Below are positions 23,118 through 35,703 of a DNA stretch of 64,000 bases, piece by piece. Positions within the stretch are counted from its first letter, which is position 1, and every line of letters starts with the position of its first letter. The stretch comes from Mobula hypostoma. Lineage: Eukaryota. The notes under the pieces are model-generated. The model ran no database searches, was not told the DNA's origin, and saw only the letters and a program-made list of their open reading frames with translations. Position numbers and translations under genes: made by a program. Where the stretch lies: positions 3,162,001 to 3,226,000 of the forward strand of contig NC_086098.1 in NCBI RefSeq assembly GCF_963921235.1, read 5' to 3'.

Positions 23118-26100
23118 ATTCAGAATCAGAATCAGAATCAGGTTTATTATCACCGGCATGTGATGTGAAATCTGTTAACTTAGCAGCAGCAGTTCAGTGC
23201 AATACATAATCTAGCAGACAGAGAGAGAAAAAAATAATAATAAATCAATCAGTCAATGAATCAATTACAGTATACATATATTGAATAGATTAAAAACATG
23301 CAAAAATCAGAAATACTGTATATTAAAAAAAGTGAGGTAGTGTCCAAAGATTCAATTTCCATTCAGGAATCGGATGGCAGAGGGGAAGAAACTGTTCCTG
23401 AATTGCTGAGTGTGTACCTTCAGGCTTCTGTATCTCCTACCTGATGGTAACAGTGAGAAAAGGACATGCCCTGGGTGCTGGAGGTCCTTAATAATGGACA
23501 CTGCCTTTCTGAGACACCGCTCCCTGAAGATGTCCTGGGTACTTTGTAGGCGAGTACTCAAGATGGAGCTGACTAGATTTACAACCTTCTGTAGCTTCTT
23601 TCAGTCCTGTGCAGTAGCCCCTCCATACCAGACAGTGATGCAGCCTGTCAGGATGCTCTCCACAGTACAACTATAGACGTTTTTGAGTATATTTGTTGAC
23701 ATACCAAATCCCTTTAAACTCCTAATGAATTATAGCCGCTGTCTTGTTTTCTTTATAACTGCACCAATATGTTGAGACCAGGTTAGATCCTCAGAGATCT
23801 TGACACCCAAGAACTTGAAGCTGCTCACTCTCTCCACTTCTGATCCCTCTGTGAGGATTGGTATGTGTTCCTTCATCTTACCCTTCCTGAAGTCTACAAT
23901 CAGCTCTTTGGTCTTACTGACATTGAGTGCCAGGTTGTTGCTGTGGCACCATTTCACTAGTTTACATATCTCACTCCTGTTCGCCCTTTCGTCACCACTT
24001 GAGATTGTACCAACAATGCTCGTATCATCAGCAAATTTATAGATGGTAGTTAGAAACCATAGAAACTACAGCACAAAAACAGGCCTTTTGGCCCTTCTTG
24101 GCTGTGCCGAACCATTTTCTGCCTAGTCCCACTGACCTGCACACGGACCATATCCCTCCATAGACCTCCCATCCATGTATCTGTCCAATTTATTCTTAAA
24201 TGTTAAAGAAGAACCCGCATTTACCACCTCGTCTGGCAGCTCATTCCATACTCCCACCACTCTCTGTGTGAAGAAGCCCCCGCAATGTTCCCTTTAAACT
24301 TTCCCCCCCTCACCCTTAACCCATGTCCTCTGGTTTTTTTCTCCCCTTGCCTCAGTGGAAAAAGCCTGCTTGCATTCACTCTATCAATACCCATCATAAT
24401 TTTATATACCTCTATCAAATCTCCCCTCATTCTTCTACGCTCCAGGGAATAAAGTCCCAACCTATTCAACCTTTCTCTGTAACTGAGTTTCTCAAGTCCC
24501 GGCAACATCCTTGTAAACCTTCTCTGCACTCTTTCAACCTTATTTATATCCTTCCTGTAATTTGGTGACCAAAACTGAACACAATACTCCAGAATCGGCC
24601 TCACTAATGCCTTTTACAACCTCATCATAACACTCCAGCTCTTATACTCAATACTTTGATTAATAAAGGCCAATGTACCAAAAGCTCTCTTTACGACCCT
24701 ATCTACCTGTGACGCCACTTTTAGGGAATTTTGTATCTGTATTCCCAGATCCCTCTGTTCTACTGCACTCCTCAGTGCCTTACCATTAACCCTGTATGTT
24801 CTACCTTGGTTTGTCCTTCCAAAGTGCAATAGCTCACACTTGTCTGTATTAAACTCCATCGGCCATTTTTCAGTCCATTTTTCCAGCTGGTCCAAATCCC
24901 TCTGCAGGCTCTGAAAACCTTCCTCACTGTCTACTACACCTCCAATCTTTGTATCATCAGCAAACTTGCTGATCCAATTTACCACATTATCATCCAGATC
25001 ATTGATATAGATGACAAATAACAATGGACCCAGCACTGATCCCTGTGGCATACCACTAGTCACAGGCCTCCACTCAGAGAAGCAATTCTCTACCACCACT
25101 CTCTGGCTTCTTCCCTTGAGCCAATGTCTAATCCAATTTACCCACCTCTCCATGTATACCTAGCGACTGAATTTTCCTAACTAACCTCCCATGCTGGACC
25201 TTGTCAAAGGCCTTACTGAAGTCCATGCAGACAATATCCACTGCCTTCCCTTTATCCACTTTCCTGGTAACCTCCTCGAAAAACTCCAATAGATTGGTCA
25301 AGCATAATCTACCACACACAAAGCCATGTTGACTCTCCCTAATAAGTCCCTGTCTATCCAAATGCCTGTAGATTCTGTCTCTTAGTACTCCCTCCAATAA
25401 CTTACCTACTACTGACGTTAAACTTACTGGCCTATAATTTCCCGGATTACTTTTCGATCCTTTTTTAAACAACAGAACAACATGAGCCACTCTCCAATCC
25501 TCCGGCACCTCACCTGTAGACAGCGACATTTTAAATATTTCTGCCAGGGCCCCTGCAATTTCAACACTAGTCTCCTTCAAGGTCCGAGGGGACACCCTGT
25601 CAGGTCCCGGGGATTTATCCACTTTAATTTTCCTCAAGACAGCAAGGACCTCCTCCTTTTCGATCTGTACAATTTCCATGATCTCACTACTTGTTTCCCT
25701 TAATTCCATAGACTTCATGCCAGTTTCCTTAGTAAACACAGACACAGAAAACCTATTTAAGATCTCCCCCATTTCCTTTGGTTCCGCACATAGCCGACCA
25801 CTCTGATCTTCACGAGGACCAATTTTATCCCTTACAATCCTTTTGCTCTTAATATACCTGTAAAAACTCTTTGGATTATCCTTCACTTTGACTGCCAAGG
25901 CAACCTCATGTCTTCTTTTAGCCTTCCTGACTTCTTTCTTAAGTATTTTCTTGCACTTCTTATACTCCTCAAGCACCTTATTTACTCCCTGCTTCCCATA
26001 CACGTCATCCAACTCCCTCTTCTTCTTTATCAGAGTTGCAATATCCCTTGAGAACCAAGGTTCCTTATTCCTATTCACCTTGCCTTTAATCCTGACAGGA

Positions 26101-26277
26101 ACATACAAATCCTACACTCTCAAAATTTCTGCTTTGAAGGCTTCCCACCTACCAGTCACATCCATGCCAGAGAACAACCTGTCCCAATCCACGCTTTTTA
26201 GATCCTTTCTCATTTCTTCTATTTGAGCTGTGCCTAGCCACACAGTCATGTATATGTAGAGGGTAGTGCAGTGGGTA
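23118..26277 (-). mobile_element. Young Rex1/Babar LINE split by a CR1 insertion at the RT FADD motif
   Basis: (ATTCTG)n tail at 23118-23140; ORFs 23730-23957 and 23352-23561. YKFADD (to ~24049) continues as YTHDCVARHSS-like sequence at 26222-26275. Confidence 0.85.
24052..26221 (-). mobile_element. CR1 LINE, 2.2 kb, RT region in three frameshifted ORFs
   Basis: ORFs 25128-26108 (PGNYRPVSLTS, DFSKAFDKV), 24614-25153 ([17 protein letters not shown]) and 24221-24604; complete 3' UTR. Confidence 0.92.
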
Positions 26278-26424
26278 ATACTCTGGTATGGAGATACTAA
26301 TGTACAGGATGTGAGGAAGCAGCAGAGGATTCTACACTCAGGCAGCTCGTTCATGGTTACACTCTCACCACTGAGGACATCTTCAAAAGGCAATGCATCA
26401 CACAGGCTGCATCCATCATTAAGG

Positions 26425-26859
26425 ACCGTCACCACCCAGGACATCACCGTCACCACCCAGAACAACATCATCCTCACCGTCCAGGACAACATCACCGTCA
26501 CCACCCACAGCAACATCACCCTCACCACCCACAGCAACATCACCCTCACCACCCAGGGCAACATCACCCTCATCACCCAGAGCAACATCACCCTCACCAC
26601 CCAGGGCAACATCACCCTCATCACCCAGGGCAACATCACCCTCACCACCCAGGGCAACATCACCCTCATCACCCAGAGCAACATCACCCTCACCACCCAG
26701 GGCAACATCACCCTCACCACCCAGAGCAACATCACCCTCACCACCCAGGGCAACATCACCCTCATCACCCAGGGCAACATCACCCTCACCACCCAGAGCA
26801 ACATCACCCTCATCACCCTCATCACCCAGAGCAACATCACCCTCACCACCCAGGGCAAC
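26425..26859. repeat. 24-bp minisatellite, ~17-18 units
   Basis: Unit AACATCACCCTCA(C/T)CACCCAG(G/A)GC, with one 9-bp internal duplication near 26815. Confidence 0.95.
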
Positions 26860-27084
26860 TTTTTTTTTGGCAATTTATTTTTCATTGAAGTTCATTATCA
26901 AACAAACATTTCCATAAGATGTATTTCAGATATTGTACATATATATCATATAATCATATTTGCCACAAATCTCCACATAATATTTATCTAAGGTATACAC
27001 CTATAGAAAAGAGAGGAAAGAAAGGACAAGCAGAAGGAGAAATCTATGTACAAGTAGGGAGTGATCTTTTTTTTTACAACATAT

Positions 27085-30000
27085 TCATTGATTTGTGAGA
27101 ATAAAATCAGGCCTATGAGGTGTTATGTAGTTGACCCATTTTTTCCAATATGAATCAAATTGTTCCAACTTATGATTAACAGAGGCTGTTAACTTCTCCA
27201 TTTTGTAGATGTCCATTGTAATTTCTATCCATACGTTTAAAGTTGGGCTCTCCTGTGATAACCATTTCCTGGTAAGAGTCATTTTACCAGCTGCCAGCAA
27301 TATATTCATTAAATATTTATCTCTTTTCAACCATTCTTGAGGTACATTCCCAAAATATATGGTCTTACTTTCTAAGGGTATTTCACATTCAAAAATGTCT
27401 TGTAGGGCATTGTGTATCCCACTCCAATAGTCTTTGATAACGGGGCAATCCCAGAAAATATGATAATGGTTTGCATTTTGATTTCCACAATTTCTCCAGC
27501 AAACAGGGAGGTTACTATCACAATGGGATTTCTGAGAGAGAGTAATAAAATATCTTATCAAGTTTTTCCATCCAAACTCCTTCCATTTCTGTGAACTGGT
27601 ACACTTCCATTGATACCTCCATATTATTGTCCATTCTTCCTCAGATATTATTATCCCTCCTTCCTTCTCCCATTTTGTTTCAATGTATGAAGTCAAATGT
27701 GTTTTAAGATTTGACAAACCCTTATACACGCTTGAAATGATTCTACTACCGTTATCTGAATTATACACTTTTCTAAATAGCTCTATCAAACATGTACTTG
27801 CCTTGGTTACATTTTTAACCGTCCTATTAACATACTGTCGCATCTGTAGATACCGATAAAAGTCTTGTTTTTCTAATAAGTGTTTCTCTTTAAGCATTTC
27901 AAAACTGAACAGTGTTCCTTCTTTCATTATATTGCAAAGAACTGTTATTCCTTTAGCTGTCCAGTCCTTAAATCTAGCATCCAGTTTATTCGGTGTAAAA
28001 TCCAAGTCATATGCACACCATTTAAGAATTGCAATATCTCCCTCTAGTTTATATTCTTTTATAATAGTTTTCCATATTTTAAGAGTCCATTTCACCCATG
28101 GATTATCAATAGTATTTATGTACCTTTGTAGGTTGTTATCAGCCAAAATTGCCTGTATGGGAATGGGAAGTATCCCCTCTTCAATGTTTTTCCATATGAT
28201 GGGTTGCACCAACATATCACAGCTCTCAACTGTGCTGTAAAATAATAATCTCTAAGAGAAAGTAGGCCCCATTGCCCCTTTTCCTTGGCTAATTGCAAAG
28301 TTTTGAGATGAACTCTAGGCCTTTTACCTTGCCATATATATCTTGATAACATTTTGTTCCATTCATTGAATTGATTCTGATTAATCCCTATTGGTAGGGT
28401 CTGAAAGAGATATAATAGTCTGGGCAGTATATTCAATCCTTGAACTGAGACTAAAAAAAGGAATTAGGTTCCATCTTGCTATATCTTCCTTATTTTTTTA
28501 TTTATAGGCTGATAATTGCATTCTGATAATTTTGACAAATCTTTTGGCATAATGATGCCCAAATATTTGAAAGACTATGTTTGCCATACCCAGGGATATC
28601 CACTTCTAATTTCTCTTGGTGGGCTATAGTTATATGAAAGTAATTGGATTTTATCTATGTTGATCTTGTATCCTGATAATTGGCCATATCGTTCAAAGGA
28701 TTGCATTAATTTAGGTAAAGAGTATGTTAGTTGCCCTAATAGATCAAAATGTCATCCGCATAACAGGCCAATTTATGCTCTGTCCTTTTAATAGTAATTC
28801 CCCTGATATCTTCATTCTGTCTGATGTATTGAGCTAATGGTTCCAGATATAATGCGAAGAGTAGCGGTGACCATGCATAAACCTGTCTCGTGCCCCTTTC
28901 TAGGGTAAAACTATGAGATGAATATCCATTGATTTTAATCCTAGCAGTAGGGTTGTCATATAGTGCCTGTATAGTTTTAATAATTGTGTCATGGAAACCA
29001 AATCTATGTAAAACTCTGTAAAGAAAATCCCAATTAACCAAATCAAATGGCTCTTCAGCGTCCACGCTTATCACTATTGCTTCGATTTTATTTTTTTGTA
29101 TATGATCCATAATGTGAAGTGTCCTTCGTATATTGTCGTGTTTGGCATTGTTGTATAAAACCTGTCTGATCCTTATGTATCAGTATGGGTAGAAACTCTT
29201 CTAATCGTTTGGCCATGATGGAGGTAAATAATCTATAATCTACATTAAGAACAGATATTGGTCTAAATGACCCACATTCCATTTTATCCTTGCCTTCTTT
29301 CGGTATAGCTGAGATTATCGCTTCCTTCCAGCTGGGTGACACTTGTGCCTTTTTAGAGCCCAGTTCAGTGTGGGGATTAACTCATTTTTAAATTCTTTGT
29401 ACCACTCTGCCGTATACCCATCTGAACCTGGTGACTTGCTTAATTTAAGCTTTTAGTTCAACTTCAGTTATGTCAGCAGTCATCGTTCTACTTTGTTCTT
29501 CGCTTAAAGTGGGTAACTCTAGAGAATTCAGGAAAGTGTCAATTTGGGTTATGCTTCCCTCTGAAACTTTGGAATCTAGAATTTTGTAAAACACTTCAAA
29601 AGCTTCTTGAATTTCACTTAGCTTACTTTTTATCATTTTTGTCCTTGAATCCCTAATTCTATGAATTGTATAATTGCTATCTTTTTCTCCAGTTTCCACA
29701 CCAGTATTTTCATAGACTTAGATCCACTTTCATAATGTCTCTGTTTCAGAAACATTAAATTTTAATTTCATTCCTAATTTTTAAAATTTCCTCTAATGTA
29801 TCCTGTGCCAAATTCAATTTGTGTTTTTTCTAGTTCCTTCAGCCTATTTTGTAATTCCTCTAATGTTTTATTCCTTATTTTTTTCTTATATGAAGATATC
29901 ACTATAATTTTCCCTCTTAAGACAGCCTTCAGAGTATCCCATAGAATGGGAGGTGAAACCTTTCCATTCTCATTGAATTATCAGTCAAGTCCAATTTCTT

Positions 30001-30890
30001 TTTTAATTTGTTCCTTAAAGTAGGGATCATTGAGTAGACTTGAATTTAGTTTCCAAATAGTATTCTTTGGTTGTAGGTCAAAATTGGAGGAGAAGATGGC
30101 GGCACGACACAGCTCGCAGTGGCCGCTCCGGTGGTGATATCTGTTATTTGTCAAGTAGGATGCCGTGCACAATCCTGATTTGATGGAGATGGATGTGAGA
30201 GCACAGAGGAACCTCTGGTGAAATTTCTGAAATGCCTGCTTCACTGCTGCTGCTACTGTGTGGTCCAGAATCTCCGGAGGAGAAGGCCCCGAGTCCTCGG
30301 CTTTGCTTGTTGCTTGGCAGCCAGGGCAGGGTCAAAGTGCTCAGCGGAGGATGATGCTCAGGGAGGCTGTGTCAGAGGGGCTGGTCGGAGGCTCAAAGTT
30401 TTCAGACGGACTCAGAGTCCGCTGCGGTCGGGTGTTTCCAATGATGCTGCATTGGCGACTCTTGGAGGTTCATGGTGGGGAGAGTTCCTCCCTTCTGCCA
30501 CCTGCATGAGATGATGAGTCTATCGGGACTTTGAGACTTTTTTTTTTACTGTGCCCATGCTCTGCTCTTTATCAAATTATGGTATTGCTTTGCACTGTTG
30601 TAACTATGTTATAACTGTTGTTATAATTATGTGGTTTTGTCAGTTTTAGTCTTGGTTTGACCTGTGTTTTCTTGTGATATCATTCCAGAGGAACGTTGTA
30701 TCATTTTTTAATGCATGCACTTCTAAATGACAATAAACAAGGACTGAATGTCCTCATAATATAATCCAATCTAAAAATCAACAGATAAATATATAGGTGC
30801 ATGGTCACTTACATCTATTGTCCCAATTCCACAGGTGTTTATTTTGTCTTTGTCTTTTCCAAATGTTATGAATAGTCTATTCTTGTATAT
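27085..30890 (-). pseudogene. L1 ORF2 (endonuclease C-terminus, RT, Cys/His domain), frameshifted
   Basis: SDHAP (EN), WKLNSSLL, SFRPISVLNVDY, DQTGFI, RGTRQ..SPLLF, YADD, CWRNCG..HIFWDCP. Confidence 0.9.
30085..30773 (+). mobile_element. ~690-bp non-autonomous non-LTR element nested in L1 ORF2
   Basis: Starts GGAGGAGAAGATGGCGGC, ends in a (TAATC)n-like tail, TSD AAAAT (30080-30084, 30774-30778). Its removal restores L1 YLSVDF-DLQPK. Confidence 0.8.
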
Positions 30891-30891
30891 A

Positions 30892-31367
30892 CATGGGATC
30901 TCTTCTGGGGAAGGTGGGACCTGTACAGATTGGATGGGTTGCACCTGAACTCGAGGGGGAGCAATATCCTTGCAGGTAGGTTTGCTAGCATGGTTCGGGA
31001 GGGTTGAAACTAATTTGCGAGGGGGATGGGACCCGGAGCGATAGAGCAGTGAAAGAAGTGCATGGAGTAAAGCCAGATCTAACATATAGAGAGGCTTTGA
31101 GGAAAGAGAAGCAGAATAAAGGGTGTAAAGGTAGTAAGGTAGAAGGGCTGAAGTGTGTGAGTTTCTCAAGTCCTGGCAACATCCATGTAAACCTCCTCTG
31201 CACTCTTTCAACCTTATTAATATCCTTCCTGTAAATTGGTGACCAAAACTGAACACAATACTCCAGATTCGGCCTCACCAATGCCTTACACAACCTCAAC
31301 ATAACATTCCAGCTCTTATACTCAATACTTTGATTAATAAAGGCCAATGTACCAAAAGCTCTCTTCA
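30892..31367. mobile_element. CR1 chimera: ORF1 end (+) fused to an inverted ORF2 3' piece (-)
   Basis: WDLFWGRWDLYRLDGLHLNSRGSNILAGRF (SGNH-esterase-type CR1 ORF1) to ~31157, then 31158-31367 matching 24485-24692. Confidence 0.8.
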
Positions 31368-31439
31368 ATTTGATCAGGCTGACGGGCAGCCCTCTGTTCC
31401 TCATGTCTGTAGTCGCCTCTTCCACTACCTGATACAGTT

Positions 31440-31967
31440 GCATACCATCACAACCTGGTATGAAAGTTGTTCTGTCCAAGACCAGAAGAAGCTGCAGAAG
31501 ATCGTGAACACAGCCCAGCACATCACACAAACCAATCTTCCGTCCTTGGACTCACTTTACACCGCACACTGTCGGAGCAGTGCTGCCAGGATAATCAAGG
31601 ACATGACCTACCCAGCCAACACACTTTTCGTCCCTCTTCCCTCCGGGAGAAGGCTCGGGAGCTTGAAGACTCGTATGGCCAGATTTGGGAACAGCTTCTT
31701 TCCAACTGTGATAAGACTGCTGAACGGATCCTGACCTGGATCTGGGTCGTACCCTCCAAATATCCGGACCTGCCTCTCGGTTTTTTTTGCACTACCTTAC
31801 TTTCCCTTTTCTATTTTCTATTTATGATTTATAATTTAAATTTTTAATATTTACTATCGATTTGTAATCCAGGGAGTGCAAAGCACAGAATCAAATATCA
31901 CTGTGATGATTGTATGCTCTAGTATCAATTGTTTGGCGACAATAAAGTAAAGTAATAAAGTAAAGTA
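31440..31967 (+). mobile_element. Young Rex1/Babar 3' end
   Basis: ITTWYESCSVQDQKKLQKIV..PLPSGRRLGSLKTRMARFGNSFFP; (AAAGT)n tail. Confidence 0.85.
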
Positions 31968-32700
31968 AAACACCCACAGCTTAGCAGGATACGGAGTTTG
32001 GAACCTTATCTTTCCTTGCTTTAATATTCACTTTACTGCAGGGTATTCTTTACGTTTCTGCAGGACCACCAGGGGGTAATCTAGATCAAAATATATTAAT
32101 TTTCCATCCAAAAACACCCTCTTCTTACCCCAGGCCCTTCGGAGAATCTTTGCCTTGGTATTGTATCGAAGGAATCTAATTACTATTGAGCATGGCTTAT
32201 CTTCTCTGTCTCCAGTAGGCCTCGGGACGATCACATGATGCGCCCTCTCAACTTCAAGGCCCATAGTGGAGGGAATCTCTAGCACGTCCCACAGCAACTT
32301 TCCTACAAACTCCATCATAGACAAACCCTCCGCTCCTTCGGGAACATCGTATATCCTGATATTTTTCAGTCGTGATCTTCCCTCCTGGTCAAGCAGTTTA
32401 CTTTCTTGTTGACTTAATATTTTTATCATCCTACTTAGTATTCGTTCCACGTTTTGCACGTGATCTTCCACCTTCTCAATTCGAGTCTCTGCCACCGCTA
32501 TTTTTTGATTGACTTGGTATCATTGAGTTGCTGTTTTATATGTTTTTGGAATCCCCGTATCTCTTCCAGAATTTTTATCATATTTGCTGCTTCGCCTGAA
32601 CGAGGTCCATCGTCAGCCTCGCTAGCACGCGTTCGGGTGCATCTCTCTCATCCATAGGCTTTGCAGTGATGCTTTTTTTATCTCCATTCTTTTTCCCCAT
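31968..32700 (-). pseudogene. L1 ORF1 (Transposase_22-like) remnant
   Basis: EGRSRLKNIRIYDVPEG, ERAH, IVIRFLRY, IYFDLDY, IRFQTPYPAKL. Confidence 0.88.
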
Positions 32701-33192
32701 TCTTGCCCCCCTTATCAATTCAGATATTTTCGAAAGAGTTGATGGATTAACAAGGCAATATATGTGTTTTTCTGGAGGAGCTATTGATTTAAGCTGCCAT
32801 TCTGGACGATGACATTATCGGAACCCCTCTTCCCATTACTACCACCAATGAGGAGGAACAAGAGGCTGGGGACACACACTTAACATTTTCAGAACAGATT
32901 TCTGAATGGTCCATGAACTTTTTATTTTGCTTTCTTTTGCACTATTTGTGGACTTTTTATGCATTCTTATTGTAAATTATAGTATTTTTTTAAATTTATT
33001 GCGTATGTCAGGGATAATAAATCTGATTTTGATCCATCTGTCCTCAATAGCTGTAAGTGTCATTCATAACTCTAAGAGGCAGCTCACCATTCAGAGGAAG
33101 GCAACTGGAAGCTGCCAAAGGTCTCAGAAGACACAGGATGTGATGATAGGAGACAGTCCGTCATATCTGGTACAAACGTTCAAAGTAGATTT

Positions 33193-33875
33193 ATGATCTA
33201 CTTTGCACTTAACATCAGAAAAATGAAAGAAGTGATTATGGACTTCAGAAACAGTAAGATAAGGGAACCCACACCAATCCTCACAAAGGGATCAGAAGTG
33301 GAAAGAGTGAGCAATTTCAGGTTCCTGGTAATCAATATCTCTGAGGATCTATCCTGGAGCCAACTAAAAAGGAGGCACGATAGCGGCTTTATTTCATCAG
33401 GAGTTTGAGGAGATTTGGTCCGTCACCAAGTCACTCACAAATTCCTAGAGATGTACTGCGAAGAGCATTCTAACTGGCTGCGTCACTATCTGGAATGGGG
33501 GGGGGGGGTGGGGGTGGTGCTACTGCACAGAATCGAAATAAGTTGCAGAGAGTTGTCATCTTAGTCAGCTCCATCACAGGCACTAGACTCTGTAGTATCC
33601 AGAACATCTTCAAAAAGGCGGGACCCATCACTAAGGACCCCCAACAGCCATGCCGTATTCTTATTGTTACGATCAGGAACACACTCAGTAACTCAGGAAC
33701 AGCTTCTTCCCCTCTGCCAGCTGATTTCGGAATGGACATTGAACCCATGAACACAACCTCACTACAGTATGTATATTTACTGTGATTCAGGTGTTTTCTA
33801 TTGTTATATATTGCTATGCACTGCTGCTGCAAATTTCATGACATTGCCGGTGATATTAAACCTGATTCTGACTCT
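33193..33875 (+). mobile_element. Rex1/Babar 3' part
   Basis: LNIRKMKEVIMDFR..VERVSNFRFL..ISEDLSWS; ATAQNRNKLQRVV; CTGATTCTGA tail. Confidence 0.8.
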
Positions 33876-34725
33876 CATCAAAATACGAATACATGTCACC
33901 ACATACCAGGCTGAGAGTTATTTTCTTGCAGGCATTCACAGTAAATCAAAGAAATACAATCAAATCAATGAAAAACTACAAAGACTGACAATCAATGTAG
34001 AAAAGAAAATAATCTGTGCAAATATAAAATAATACACAGATAGATAGATAAACGATAGTGAGAACATGATTTGAAGAGTCCATGAAGAGTCCATGGTTGC
34101 AGTTCAGTGCTGAGATGGGAGAAGTTACCCACAATGGTTCAGAACCCCAATGGTTGAAAGGGTAATCCGAGTTTCTAAAGCAGCTAGTGTGGGACGTAAG
34201 GCTCCTGCACCTCCTGCTGGATGGCAACTGTGGAATTGAGAATGCAAAGCTGGGAGAGGAATTCTACAGTATTTCTCCACAATTGGTCAAAATTACTCAA
34301 CTTATCTCCTCTGAGGCCAACTAATCCGGCTGACTTGCATCTTCAGATTGCAGACCATGTTTCAAAGTTCATGTTCAAATTTCAAAGTAAATTTATTATC
34401 AAAGTATTATATATTACCATATACAACCCTGAGATTCATTTTTTTGCGGGCATACGCAATAAATCCATAATAGAATAATACTGAGAATAGAGTCATTGAA
34501 GGACTGCCCCCTACTTGGGTGTCCAACCAGTGTACAAAAGACAACAAACTGCAAATACAAAAAGAGAGAAATAATAACAGTAATAATAATAATAACAAAT
34601 AAGTCCTCGAAAGTGAGTCCAGAGGTTATGGGAACATTTCAACGATGAAGTTGAGAGTGAAGTTAACCCCTTTGGTTCAAGAGCCTGATGGTTGAGGGGT
34701 GATAACTGTTCCTGAACCTGGCGGT
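33876..34725 (-). mobile_element. Two Rex1/Babar 3' ends (33876-34230 and 34370-34725)
   Basis: PSSRRCRSLTSHTSCFRNS remnant; (TTTGAA)n tail at 34360-34390. Confidence 0.65.
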
Positions 34726-35703
34726 GTTTGATCATCATACAGCAGCCATGGTGTTCAAACGAAGGACATTGCTGATCCACTGGCGCAATGTCAATCTGAT
34801 TATTGTTACCTCAGAAAACGTTCATCGTTGCCTCTACTTGAGGGTTCAATTAACCTAAATATTACAATCTGAACCTGGAACAACATTTAAATGGAAATAT
34901 AAAATGTCTTTTTTAAATAAATTAGTTTTATAGTCTGGCGTACTTTAAATGTAAATGTATATCCTGGACAAATGTATAAAAATTGTAGAAATAGAATGCA
35001 CAGTGTGCATAAGATTAAGCTCCTTCACAATATAACCCGATTTAATGCAAATATACACAAATCAAATGTGCACATTACTTATAATCCAGCATTTTGTACT
35101 TCATTTAAAGACCAGAGAATGACCCAAATAAAACTTCAGGAAGGAAACACTACAATGGTGAAGTGAACTGTGCACTTAATCTCAAGGTAGTATAAGGCGA
35201 CATATATGTATTTTGATAATAAATTTACTTTGAACTTTGAACTTAAGGCATAACAAAATTGACATAACTGCCTCACGCTCCAGAGCAGTGCTCCAATGTG
35301 ATAAAACTTAACTTTTCCTTCTACAGCACACACTGGAATTTCCAAAAAATGTTTGAGCTTATCTTTTGCTCCATGCTGTTTCCTGGCACTCTCCACTGCT
35401 TACTCCAACATGAGATAATTAAATTCTGCGCTTAGTACAGGCTGTTTGGTTTAGCTACAAGTCACAAGGCTTTACATATTTTACAACCACTGCTCTGCTG
35501 TTGCAGTCCAGTAGGTGAGCAGTAAGTTCTTTAAATTATTAATTATGCAATTTGCTACACATCCTCCCACAGTTCTGCAAGAATCATCCCACCCAAATTC
35601 AAGTACAGGAATTTGTTCTATTTATGTACGGGATTTGAACCTCACAGAAAAAGTCAGGTGGATTCTTGACCCACTGCAAAACTTCTGGTTTAATTATTCC
35701 TTT

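Larger units (their letters stand above)
26860..32827 (-). mobile_element. L1-clade LINE, near full length, disrupted
   Basis: Poly(A) at 26860-26868, ORF2 and ORF1 remnants, 5' end GGGGTTCCG at ~32827. Confidence 0.9.
26280..33030 (+). mobile_element. Old Rex1/Babar 3' fragment split by the minisatellite and L1
   Basis: WYGDTNVQDVRKQQR..GCATCCATCATTAAGGACC (to ~26445) resumes after the L1 as CCCTCTTCCCATTACTACCA..GACACACACT (32825 onward). Confidence 0.65.

Noticed and set aside
26425..26859. CRISPR-like array
   Set aside because: Units are head-to-tail with no unique spacers, there are no cas genes and the context is eukaryotic.
26112..26991. 257-aa (-) and 241-aa (+) repetitive ORFs resembling mucin or surface repeat proteins
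   Set aside because: They arise from a stop-free 24-bp minisatellite, and their flanks are CR1, Rex1 and L1 sequence.
32028..32495. L1TD1-like domesticated gene
   Set aside because: Frameshifted ORF1 in its normal position within an L1 element.
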